From positions 15,190,001 through 15,254,000 of the forward strand of contig JBHGNT010000015.1 of the NCBI GenBank assembly GCA_043228905.1: DNA of 64,000 bases. Direction: 5' to 3'. The notes beneath the pieces are model-generated. The model made no database searches, was not told the DNA's origin, and worked only from the letters and a program-made list of their open reading frames with translations. The position numbers and the translations under genes are program-made. This DNA comes from Azolla caroliniana (taxonomy: Eukaryota; Plantae; Polypodiophyta). Shown here piece after piece: positions 1 through 11,089 of the stretch; the first letter of the stretch is position 1; every line of letters starts with the position of its first letter.

Positions 1-326
1 CTTAGATAGTCATATGTGTCTCGTATAGCTTCTTCAAAGGACTCCCACATCGGGCTTTGTTGTCGTATCTCGTGGATTCTCTCTTGAAGCTCATCCGTAG
101 CCACCCGGTTGAAAGATAACACTTGCAATCTTTCTGAGATACCATATCGCAACATCTCCATTTTGTAGTCACGTAGATAGCGTGACACGTCCTTTCCATC
201 GAATTGCCCGTTCTGTTGCACGAGCCGTTGTACTACTGTCGTGATCTCCGACATCTCGCGTTGTTCTTGTAGCATTCTCTCGAACATCATCATCATCATG
301 TTCATCGCCTCTTGTTGATTCTCCAT
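1..326 (-). CDS. gag: Ty3/Gypsy gag N-terminus, runs off the left edge
   Basis: Open frame from ATG 326 to the window edge, missed by the ORF track because it has no stop: MENQQEAMNMMMMMFERMLQEQREM...QFDGKDVSRYLRDYKMEMLRYG...MWESFEEAIRDTY. The FDG..V..YL and W..FE motifs are retrotransposon-gag-like. It starts 16 nt downstream of a PBS. Confidence 0.75.
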   Translation of the reverse strand, partial: MENQQEAMNMMMMMFERMLQEQREMSEITTVVQRLVQQNGQFDGKDVSRYLRDYKMEMLRYGISERLQVLSFNRVATDELQERIHEIRQQSPMWESFEEAIRDTYDYL

Positions 327-342
327 CTCCTTGCCACCCGCC

Positions 343-360
343 TTCACGTCGGGTTCACCA
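343..360 (-). promoter_or_regulatory. Primer-binding site complementary to the 3' end of tRNA-Trp
   Basis: Minus strand reads TGGTGAACCCGACGTGAA. The plus strand TTCACGTCGGGTTCACCA matches the plant cytosolic tRNA-Trp 3' end including CCA (from memory). Confidence 0.8.
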
Positions 361-362
361 AC

Positions 363-770
363 TGTGTCGTGCCTTTCGGCTCCGGATCGTTTGCGTGAGT
401 CGGGTGGGAACCGCCGGGGTTTTGGACTAGGAGGAGGAAGAATTTGAGGCTAATCTAGTTATGAATATGAATAGATTATAAGAAAGAGATATAGAAACTT
501 GTGAATCCCACAAGTATAATTGTTTTAGTTTATCTAAATCGTAGTAATAAATTGAAATAATTTAGAATAGATTAGAGTAGATTGAGAAAAGAGATCAAAC
601 CTTGTGAATCCCACAAGTATTACATTAATCAATATTTATGTAAGAATATGAATTTAGATTGAAAGAGATAGATTATCTTAAACTTCGTGAATCCCACGAG
701 TATATTTTATTGATTGTTGGTGTTTTAGGAAATATATCCAATTTCCCAAATATTTTTCACACCTATTACA
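363..770 (-). mobile_element. 5' LTR of the Trp-primed Gypsy element (about 408 bp)
   Basis: Minus strand TGTAATAGG...ACGACACA abuts the PBS. It has three internal copies of an aacttgtgaatcccacaagtat-like motif (about 497, 599, 681). The partner LTR is outside the window, so the 770 boundary is unconfirmed. Confidence 0.55.
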
Positions 771-835
771 TTGTGCTCCCCATCCTTATGTAGTGATGGG
801 AGAGACTAAGCATAGCTACATGCTTTTTTTCTAAT

Positions 836-995
836 ATGTTCATGCACACTAAATGTGCATGTGATGCTTTTCTAATCCTTGCTTTTATTTGCTAAATATA
901 GTGCTCATGCACGCTAGATGTGCATGAGTCACTTTTTAGTCGCTTGCGTTTTTCTATAAAATATTCACGCACTCTAAAAATACATGATTTACCTT
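836..995. repeat. About 64-bp degenerate tandem repeat x2.5 with internal hairpins
   Basis: catgcac-actaaat-gtgcatg and catgcac-gctagat-gtgcatg stems, plus a decayed third unit at about 962. Confidence 0.55.
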
Positions 996-1062
996 TTAAT
1001 AAAGGTAGGCGCAAATAAAGCACTTATAGTTATTAAATCTATTTATAGAACACTAAAGATAA

Positions 1063-1130
1063 GGTAGCATAATGGTAAAGTTGAGGTTTGGCTACGTGGA
1101 GGTACAGGGTTCAAATCCTGCCCTATGCAC
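1063..1130 (+). other. tRNA-like (pol III A/B box) remnant, SINE-head-like
   Basis: A-box-like TAGCATAATGG and B-box GGTTCAAATCC (1108-1118) at tRNA spacing; no intact cloverleaf. Confidence 0.5.
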
Positions 1131-1227
1131 GTGATAAATATCTTGATATATTATTTTATTTATTTATATGTAATTAAATCGGTTATATTATTTTTTTACT
1201 TTTTCACGTAGTGTACGAAATACACTA

Positions 1228-1486
1228 CGACAACGCCTCTGTGTATTTCCGCCGCCTGTGGCGAGGACAGCGAGCTCAAGGTCATCGCCTTGCAGCTCGC
1301 CATTGTATACTTCTCTGTGCATAGTTTTGCTTCGGAGTCTTGTACTCCCGTGGTTTTTCCCGTACAGGGTTTTCCATGTTAAATCGTGTGTCCACTGCAT
1401 TTCCCATTTTCTGCAACAACGATTCGTGTGTTTTCCTTGGTTGTGGCCGAGAGGTGAAGTTTGGAAAGTTTCAATTATTTCCATCA
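1228..1486 (+). mobile_element. 3' part (R/U5) of an LTR related to the solo LTRs at 5113 and 13649, abutting a LINE
   Basis: Shares ccgccgcctgtggcga, gtggtttttccc...gggttttcca and ggttgtggccgag with 17670-17944. It ends ...ccatCA at 1486, where LINE RT sequence begins. Confidence 0.65.
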
Positions 1487-2692
1487 TAGATTAAGTGTCA
1501 ATAGCTCTAAAACAAAGATTATGCTTGTGAAGAGTCAAAAAAGAGATAAACCATGGATTATGTACAATAATGAGCCACTTGAATGTGTGGAAAGCTTCAA
1601 ATATCTTGGCTTTGAATTTCTTTCAAATCGTAAATGGAATGAATGTGCTACACGCCGCTTAGAGGCGGGTAAGCGAGCATATTATGCATTTGAGAACACA
1701 TGCAATCTTGGTGGTATTAAGTGTTGGGTCCTCAAGAAATATCTTTTTCACACTTTGGTGACCCCGGTTCTTCTCTATGGGGTGGAAGTATGGGGCGGTA
1801 GCATCCCTAAATCTACGTGGCAAGAGTTTGAAAATGTCCAAAAGCATTTTCTTACAAAGTTTCTACAAGTTAAGAAACAAATGCCCTACACCCTCCTCCT
1901 TGAGACGGGATTGCTTCCCATTGAGATCATGGCCATGGAAAGGGTTGTTGAATACATGCTGAAGGTTCAAAAAAGCCCTTCACATCGACTTCCTAGAATT
2001 GCATGGGAAGCAAGCAAAAAGATCCAAAAGACGCATAAAAGCAAAATTTTGTGTTCCGGTTGGATGTAAGATTTAGAAAAATGGTTTGGTAGATGGGATG
2101 CAAGACACTTGCTTCATGATGCGTCACTAGATTCCTTTGTAAATGAGGCCTTTTTGCAACGCCAATGTATCATGACATGGGACAAATGTGGTGGCTCACG
2201 CTTCACACATTATACTACAAATGTTGCACCTAACTACAAAACCATATTCTTCGCGGAACGGGGAAGCCGTACACATCGATACATGTTAGAGCCCATCCCG
2301 ATATCTGCCATTCGAACCATTGCTTCCATGCAACTCCACTCGCACGCATTGAGATGTGAGATGGGGCGTTGGGGCACAAGTGATGAGAGTGGCCGACTAT
2401 GCACACTTTGCTCTAAACAAGTTCAAGAATCTGAGTATCACACTTTGATACAATGCTCTACCTTTTCAGATCATATTCGACCATGCTTTCCACATCTCTT
2501 CAATCCAGCCCAATCCTTGCACAAATTTATCTCACAACCACGATGTGCACTCTCAATTGCAACATTTATTGGTAAAGTTCTTGAACATCAAGAGTCGCTA
2601 CTCACCTTCACATGTATCACATGAAATGTAATATTTTTGGTCTCATATGTCATATTTGACCTCCGGAGACAATAATATAATCTATCTCTCTC
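1487..2692 (+). mobile_element. LINE (RTE-X-like) 3' fragment: RT end, CCHC domain and tail
   Basis: RLSVNSSKTKIM, FKYLG, LVTPVLLYGVEVWG, SHALRCEMGRW, RLCTLC..ESEYHTLIQC; internal stops; 3' end ...aataatataatctatctctctc. Confidence 0.85.
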
Positions 2693-2817
2693 ACACAATA
2701 TGGGAAGTTACTCAACAATTTCTCCAAATGCAAGAGAAAGCACATTCATGTGCTAAATTTTAGGGAAATCTAAAGGGGAAACCTGTTTAGAGTTATGGTG
2801 ACTTAACTCTTCACGAC

Positions 2818-3272
2818 TTGTCTATGCATTGTAAGAATTTACATGACCTATCTCTTGCCGGAAAGATGATGTGTTATAGTTCTCTTTCACATATGTCTCC
2901 CTTCTTTATAGTTGAAGATATATGCATAGGACTTAAGAAATTGGCTTCTCGAAAGGCAAGCGATCTTCAATGTATAAAGACTGAAATGCTCAAATGGACG
3001 GGAAAGCAAGCACATGTATGGATAAGAGATATATTTAATGATGCATTGCAACGTGGTATGTCGTATGATTGGACTACAAATTGGATCAAACCTTAATATA
3101 AAAGTGGAGATGTAAATAATGTAAACAACTATTGAACCATCGTGGTTGGCTCGTTAATGGCAAAACTATTTGGATGTATAATGGAATCAATGATAAGTGC
3201 ATGGGCTGAAAAAAATGGTAAGAGAGCTTATGGACAAGTTGGCTTTTGAAAACACCATAGTACAATGGGAAT
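2818..3272 (+). mobile_element. Degenerate LINE RT N-terminal fragment
   Basis: GLKKLASRKASDLQCIKTEMLKW...YKSGDVNNVNNY*TIVVGSLMAKLFG...YGQVGF, with stops. Confidence 0.75.
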
Positions 3273-3284
3273 GATGTTATACAA

Positions 3285-5386
3285 GGCCTAATTTCATTTC
3301 CATCCAAGTCTCTCGAAGAGAAGCGGGAGGTCAAAGGGTTTCGACGTGGATGTGGCTCGTGGTCCCAATGTAAAAGGTACCCCAACCATAGCTTCTAGTT
3401 GTCGTGGCTCACGTTCCCTTATCTTCTTAATCTTTTCTACTCCGTGTCGACTGGTTTTGAAGCCCAACATCCGAGGGCGTTTGGTTGTTCTTTGCATTTC
3501 TGCTTCCTCAAGAGAGAGGCTGAGCGGCGTAAGTGTATCCACATTCATCGTCTCCCCTTGTTCTTGAAAACTTTCACTAGTTACATGTTGATGAATAGTA
3601 AAAGGGTTATGGTTAACACTTTGTAATTTATTCTCCCTATGTTGTTTTAGCTCTAAGATATACCTACCTAGTCTCTTTACATCCAGGGTATCTAATAGTT
3701 TGGAGAGGGTGGGAGAGGGTCCTAATATGTCTTGGTATTCCGCCCGTATCTCGGCATAAGTTGGGCACTTGCATGTGAAGTGATACTTATCCTCTATCTC
3801 TATGTGGCATAACCTACATAGCCTTTCCTCTCTGGGGACTCTATTAGCCCGACCATTCTCAATCTCAAGTTGGTGAGATGATATCCTAAGTTGTCCAATG
3901 GCCACCCTTAGTGCATTTGATAAGAATGTATTTAGATATCTTGGTCGTGTAATAAAAGCTAACTTAGAGAAGCGCAAGAAGTGTTCCTTATAGTACAAAA
4001 TTTTAGATGGGAGTGGCTCTCATGGGGCGATCCATTTATATCAAGTGTAAATTTTCCATATTTCTTGGTGTATCACTTTATTATGGTCTTCATGAGAGAT
4101 TAGAGTTTGATCAATCCCATGGTTGTACTTAATGGGAGGTAGGTTATTAATGTCTATGCCGTTTGCAAGTAACCAACTCACCACAGTGCTATACCAAGAG
4201 CTAGTGTCTTTAGACGCATGTAGGGATTGGGATGCCTCAAAGGCTCAATGGGATATCCTAACTTGTTGTTGGCTATGTATCTGATGAATAAAAACTACCA
4301 CTTGAAAAAGTGCTTCTACCAACAACGGGGGCAGACTGAACTCTGCTTTAATAATGTCATGTGGTACTGTCAATTTGCTTCGGAGTTGATATAATAACAT
4401 CATCACCAAAGGTCTCTCTAATTGCATCCACATGAAAGATGGTAAACTTGGAGCCCATACTATTGATGCATACATGAGGGAAGGGGTCACTAATGAGTCG
4501 AAGAGCCATCCCTTAGTCCGTTCCGTGGCTCTCGAAAGTATGTCTGGTGGCATTTTCTCTCTAAGAGTGAGAGGGATGCATACCCTCTCGTTAGCCTATC
4601 TTTGGTTGCCTGGGTCATCGAGAATTTAACTGAGCGAGCATTAAAAGTGACTCCCAAGTATACATGTGATCCAACTATCTCAACTAGTTTATCAGAGAGG
4701 ATTAGGTGACATTTACTCCTAACTTGGGATGATGTATGAAAGATAAGGACTTTAGTTTTCGCTAGAGTCACTACCAGTGCTCGTTGTGTACAAAAGTCAT
4801 CTAGGGCATTAAGATGCTTTTATAGGTCGTGTTCCGACTCCGAGAGCAAGACAATGTCATCTGCGTAGAGTAAGAGACTAACTTGCGTATCCCCAATAGC
4901 TACTCCCTTGTCTCCGTTACGAGAAATAAAATTAGTGATCTCATCAATGTAGACCCCAAAAAGAGTCAATGATAGGGGGCAACCCTGTTTTACACCAATG
5001 GTGCTAGTGAAACAATCGGATAGGCCACTTGGACATCTTACGCACGCAGAGACTTGCTCATATAGGGCATAAATGACCCAGATAATGTCATTTGGTATCT
5101 CCAAGCTCTTAATGACAGGAACTACACGCCCCCTATGCGCAACGCTCAGCCACTACCGAGCTTAGAATCATACATAGAAAAAAAACCAGGAATGAATGCA
5201 CGACACAGTGAAGAGAAGAGTACACAGGATGTTTACGTGGAAAGCCCAAACTAGGGAAAAACCACGACAGCCCACAGGCTGCAAACTATCACTATGTTAC
5301 AGTGTACAACAGTAAAGCACTGAGGCAACAACCTCGAGCTTTCTATCTTCGCCACAGGCGGCGGTTACAACAGAGGCAACGACCTC

Positions 5387-5438
<52 letters not shown>

Positions 5439-8400
5439 CACAGTTACGCGCTCTGATCTTACACAAACGAGAATAACGACAACTACTACCAAAAGTTTGC
5501 CCTAAGTCATATTTATACTAATATGACTTTTCGGCTATTTACAAATATAGCCACGATGGACTCTCAGAAACATATTTACGAATATGTCTCTTCATCCGGT
5601 GAGCACTTCTCACCGGGCCTTCACCATCCGGCTCTTGCCGGGTACTCCTCATCTGGTTCTCACCAGGTCTTCCGTAGCTGGGTATTCCTCATCCCGTTCT
5701 CACCGGGTCTACACCATCCGGCTCTCCGTAGCCGGGTACTCCTCGTCCGGTTCTCACTGGGTCGGCACCATCCGGCTCTCCGTAGCCGGGTACTCCTCAT
5801 CCGGTTTCCATCAACACTGTTCTTCTCCCTTCCCATCCGGAGGAACCTATCTCCCAACACTTAAGTCTATCAAACAACCTCTCCCTAGGAACTGTGTCAA
5901 AGGCTTTGCGGAAGTACACAAAGCAACGTATGTAGTTTCTTCTTACAAGCCTTCACTAGTACACAAAGCAACATATGTAGATCCCAAAAAGATTTGGTGA
6001 TAGGGGGCAACCTTGTTTTACACCAATGGTGCTAGTGAAACAATCGGATAGGCCACTTGGACATCTTACGCACGCAGAGACTTGCTCATATAGGGCATAA
6101 ATGACCCAGATAATGTCATTTGGTATCTCCAAGCTCTTAAGTCTATCAAACAACCTCTCCCTAGGAACTATGTCAAAGGCTTTGTGGAAGTACACAAAGC
6201 AACATATGTAGTTTCTTCTTACGAGCCTTCATCTGGTCAATTAAGCACTTAAGTGTGAAGATATGGTCAATAGTGGAGAAGGCTCGTCTAAAGCTAGCCT
6301 GCTCAAGTGCTTGAAGACTTAATGTTTCCATATAATCGATGAGCTCCGCTTCCATTACTGCACCACATAGTTTAGCAAGCGTATGACCTATCATAATGGT
6401 CCTATATGTATTTGGGTCCATTGGGTCCCCTCCTTTATGTATAGGGGCCACTGTGTTCATGGTCCATTGTGGTGGAAAACCCTCGGCGAGGGCGCGGTTG
6501 AAGATTAGAGTGAGAAAGGGGGCTATGCACTCTCGAGCATATATGATGTGCTCGGCTCGCAATCTTGTGTGGTCCAGGGATTTCCTATGTTGTAATTTTT
6601 TTATGACCTTCGTGACCCTAGAGGTCGTGAAAAGTGCCCCCATGGTAGGTCGAGGTGTGGAAGGCACTAGAATGGGTGGTTGGTTCGGGACATGGTAGAG
6701 TCTCTCGATATATGTGTGCCAAATATTGGGATCCTCGATGGGTGTTTGTGGTCGCAGTTCCCGTAGTCTCTTCCATGCAAGGGCGCAATCCCTACTCATG
6801 AGCATATGGTAGAGTTCCCAATATTGAGATGCTTCCCAAGCTCGTCTTTTACAACATGTCATCTTGCGCATCTCTTTGCGAGCCTGTATTGAGGAAATAG
6901 TACCACTAAGTCGTGACACTTTAAGTTGTCTATACAACTCTCTACAATCCTCATCATACCACTTGTTCTGTGGCATAGACCCTATTCTACTATGATTGGA
7001 GTGTTTCGTGTATGGGAAGCTATTAATTGCTACTGAATGAAGGATGTGTGTGAGTTCTGTAGTGAGGTTCTCTAAAGGCAAGGAAGAATCAAAAGAGGAG
7101 AGATGGGCTTGAACATGTCGGGAGTAGATGTCAGTGAGCTCATGCGTGAAATGTATTATGGTGTGATGGTTTGGTTGACTAGAGTTGGTGGCGTGGGAGG
7201 TGTCGCATTTTAGCTCAAAGTATAGGAAGCTATGGTCTGCACCAATTGGACATGGGGCCACCCGGAATGAGTTAACCATGTGGATAGCTTTAGGGCATAC
7301 TATTAGGTGATCAACTGTGCTTTCCCCTCCTCCATGTGGGAAACATGTGAGCTCTTCCGAGCCCGACCACTTGGCTAAGCCATTATATATGATCATCTGG
7401 TGTCATCTTCCAAGTTCAAGCAGATGATGGCCAAAGCTTGTGGCGTCCGCACCTTGATCCTTTGATGTACGTGTTATGTCTAAGGCTAAAGGGTCGTCAT
7501 TCACCATTTCTAGGTTTCTATCCATCTGAAATATTGTGCATTGTCAGGATTGGGTTCTCGCATTGAAAGCTCCTACAAGGAAGACTTCCCCTTGAGAAGA
7601 ATATCGGATTATGTCATCCAATAAAGGTTTGTATGGAGAAGGCCCATGTGGCGTTCCTTCATCAACTATACTTGCCTCTCTAGCCATATTATACCAGAAT
7701 CCTTTCGAGGGGAAGTAACAAACGGCGATAAATATCGCCTGATCCTTGCTAGTGAGGACTTTCACCCACATAAAATGGGCTTCTGGGTCTTTCTTTAGTA
7801 TTTCTATCCTATTATGTTTCTCTCTCTGAAATAATATCGCAACCCCTCCAGACCCTCTAGTAGTGTTTCGTCGTGAGGTTTGTCTAAAGACAGATTCCCA
7901 ACGAAAACCGTCAACTCGTGGCAATCCTCGATTTGGACTTTGATGTGTTTCTACTAAAAAAGGTATGTCAGATACCTTCAAAATCTCCTCTAGACGGCCA
8001 GGGTGTGTCCAAAGTGCACTATTACAGTTCCATAATGTCATCCTAAGTTTATTGTCAGTCACATGGGCCACACGTCCATCTCGATAAAAAGCACAATGCC
8101 CCTCTTTACGATATTGTATGACTCGCGGCATACAAGTTTTACAATGCTCAATTTGCATCTTGGTCAGGTCTTCATCGAGGTAGCTAGGGTCCCCGCCCAA
8201 TCCTCGAAGAATTTGTCTCTTTTTAAAAAATGCGATTCTAGATTTTGAGTCCTTAAACTGAAGGACCAAAGCTCTTTTCCTCATGGTGTCACGTCCTACC
8301 CTCCAAGTTTGAGTGATTAGTAGGGCTTCGTACCCCAAAATTTTCGCTAATGTTTATGCGTCTTCGTCGAGAGATGCCCCTTCCTTGAGCCCAGTAACTC

Positions 8401-9170
8401 GTACATTTAGGAGTCGAGCTTGACGCATTTTTTCCTCCTCAACGGTAGTGTTTACAATATTTTCATCCTTTAGTTCCTTTTTAATATTACATTTTACTAC
8501 ATCAACCCACCCAGTTTTTGCTAATTCATATCGCTTTTAACCTCTTCCTTAACCTTTTTTATCTCTTCCTTAATATCCTCTAAGGAAGATATTTCAGCAT
8601 CTTCCCTAGATGTCTCAAGGTCCTTAACTTGTTTCTAAAGGTTCGTGTTGTCTACTTTAAGTTTCGTTATTTCAGCAATAAGCAATTCTTTTTCTTCCTT
8701 ATCTTTTTGTTTTTCAAATTCAATCTCTTTCACCCATTTTTCTATTTTAACTAAATGGTTAAGGAAATCTAAAAATTCTTCCTTACTTATAATTTCTTCG
8801 TGTGTTTCCTTATGTTTTCGTCTAGAAATCATGTTGTAATTCAAAAGATAAAAGAAAGAAAAGACAAAAGTGACAGAAAACTTAACCGAGCATCGGTGCC
8901 TTGTGCGCTAGGTACAAGTGTAGAAGCACATTTATACTCTCTCGTTTATCAGCCGACGACGTCATTAGAAGCGTAGGTGACAATGGCGGTCGACAACGAC
9001 AACAGCGGCAACGACTACAAACCAAAACAACAGCGGCGCCAAAATGATGACGACGGCAAACGACGACAGTGACAGCAGTGACGTCAGACGACGGCAGCAA
9101 CAACGATGACAGATGGCGGCGACGACGAAAGAAAATAGAGCAAAGAGAGAGAGAAAGAAAATTGATAGTC
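3285..9170 (-). mobile_element. LINE-A: near-full-length decayed RTE-X-like LINE (5'UTR-ORF1-APE-RT-CCHC)
   Basis: ORF1 coiled-coil plus WRVGRD...YLDEDLT from about 8832. APE motifs WNCN, FLVETH, GSGGVAI, GAFNART, DHS. RT motifs KAFD.VPR, GVKQGCPLS, LYADDIVL, YLGV. C-terminal LRISSHQLEIENGR..RLCRLC..EDKYHFTCKC. Interrupted by a solo LTR; 3' UTR truncated. Confidence 0.9.
5113..5859 (-). mobile_element. Solo LTR (747 bp) inserted in the LINE-A RT region
   Basis: TG...CA termini; 5-bp TSD CTTAA at 5108-5112 and 5860-5864; (CT)n tract; 54-bp-type tandem repeats; homologous to 13649-17944. Confidence 0.92.
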
Positions 9171-9189
9171 TATTCTTCAATTTGATGTT

Positions 9190-9560
9190 ACATGTGCAAT
9201 TTCATTCTACAATTGTCATGTACTACTACAACATGCGCCTTAAAGATGTTCAGGAACTCTGTTGCATTAGAGAAGGACCCTAAGCATGTTATGTTCATCA
9301 AAATGAGGATCCAAGGTATCTGGGATTGTCCTGATCAAGACCAAGAAGTTGGGGCAAAGCATATCAACGAAACTGAGATGTTCCAAATGACTTCTAGAGA
9401 ACTTATGGAACCTATAGATGAAGAAGCAGGGGACCTTGTTAAATTAGAAGACGTGTCAAAGTCTGAACATACTAACGATTCAACTTAGGGTACCGACGAA
9501 GCCAATGAGGACAATCCTGATGAAAGAGTTAATCCTAAAGAGACGGCTTTACCAGACTTA
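9190..9560 (+). mobile_element. Possible hAT transposase C-terminal remnant
   Basis: YYYNMRLK resembles the end of the hAT dimerisation domain (V.YNLRL), followed by DP and an acidic tail; frameshifted. Confidence 0.35.
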
Positions 9561-10259
9561 TTATTTGATTGAATGGATATGGCTTATTGTAAAATTTGAA
9601 CAATATGAATTGTTAAATTTTGACGTAATATATAACTTGAGCTTATTTATAATTTTCGTGTAATACTCATTGAACTTAGAGATTAAGTATAATTTGTATG
9701 TGTACATGTTGTCTAAAGTCTCCTTTATCATTTGGGGTATATGGGAGATAAAATTATACTCTATCATTTACTCATATGATTGGAATGTTATTGTAGACTA
9801 GTTTATTTATACATTGACGGTGTCATGTATCACGTGTCAATGGAAATTTTCTCTTGACATAGTAGCATCTCTTAATTGCAAGGTTCACAATTTGCTTTAA
9901 GATATATTATATATAAATATACACACATAATTAGGAGTCACTTATTCAGTGGGGTATGCTTTTTAGAATATGCACAAGGACTCGTGTTACTATTATACTT
10001 CCGTTGACGAATATACCCCTGTCTAAGATTTGGACAAAAACATGGTAGATAGAATATATGTCGGATGATTTTGTTGACGTGATATTAGTTAGTTCTATTT
10101 TTCGCTATGTTTTCATAAACCACATACGCATGTATCGTGCCTTTTTGAAATTATGCTTAAATAAGGCCTTTTTTAACATCTCACTAAGATATGAAAAAGA
10201 GAATGTGACATATTACCTGTTTCAAATGACCCGGTGTTATGTGTAGAAATTAGTTTATA

Positions 10260-11049
10260 TGTTTAACTCTTGTAAGGAGGGAACCAGTAACCAAGAGTTA
10301 AACTGCGTTAGCACTTTGTGTATGAATTTTATTGATTGGTGAGGGTTATTTGAGGAATGTAAAGTCACTTATGTTCGATTCACCACCAATAGGGTATACG
10401 TCGGTCCGGACCCAAGGCAAATGACATCGACGTGAGGCAAAACTCCATTGATCTATAAAAGTTTTTCCGTGAGGCACATGGAAGTGACACATCTATACCC
10501 GTGTACATCCTCTTGGTGGTTGTTACAAGCATGACCATAATTTATCCTATCGTAGTTTGTACCGTAGTATTCTACACATGAGGATAAAGTGTGAGGGTTA
10601 ACTGAGAGTGTAACGAAAGGAGGATTGCTTTTAATCTTGAGGATAAATAGCCTATAAGGGCCAAGTATGAACTTGCTTGGGGGCCTTAGATCTAGCTATA
10701 AATATGAGGCCCAACTATCCTCATTAGACACATTATTCGAATACGTCAAGATTGTAACCTTGTGGTGAACATACTCTTGTGGCGAGCGCGGATTAGTACC
10801 ATGTATGACTCGATGTCATGGCAGTGGTATGGGGCACCGATCAAGGCTCGAGTCCGTCTCGATCCCTTCGTTTGAGGGTGGTTGGGTGGATTGACACCCT
10901 TCTTTCTCTCACTTACTCTTTATTATCAATCATTTAATTCCTTGTCTTATGCTTACATTAGGACTAATCTCTAAATGTGGCAAACCGGGCAGAAGTGGTT
11001 GTTAAGCACCTCCAAGCTACTAGCTTGGTTAGCTTTACCGATTAGTACC

Positions 11050-11087
<38 letters not shown>

Positions 11088-11089
11088 CA
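10260..11089 (+). mobile_element. Probable solo LTR (830 bp)
   Basis: TGTTTAA...TTACACA (6/7 inverted match); flanking TATA/TATA (possible 4-bp TSD); CTATAAATA box at about 10696; terminal (CT)n. Confidence 0.5.

Noticed and set aside
1063-1130. Functional tRNA gene (also 24742-24808 and 44519-44592)
   Set aside because: Only A/B-box similarity; acceptor and anticodon stems cannot be formed convincingly.
8882-9180. Hydrophobic, signal-peptide-like ORFs
   Set aside because: Products of CGA/CAA trinucleotide-rich sequence in the LINE-A 5' region.
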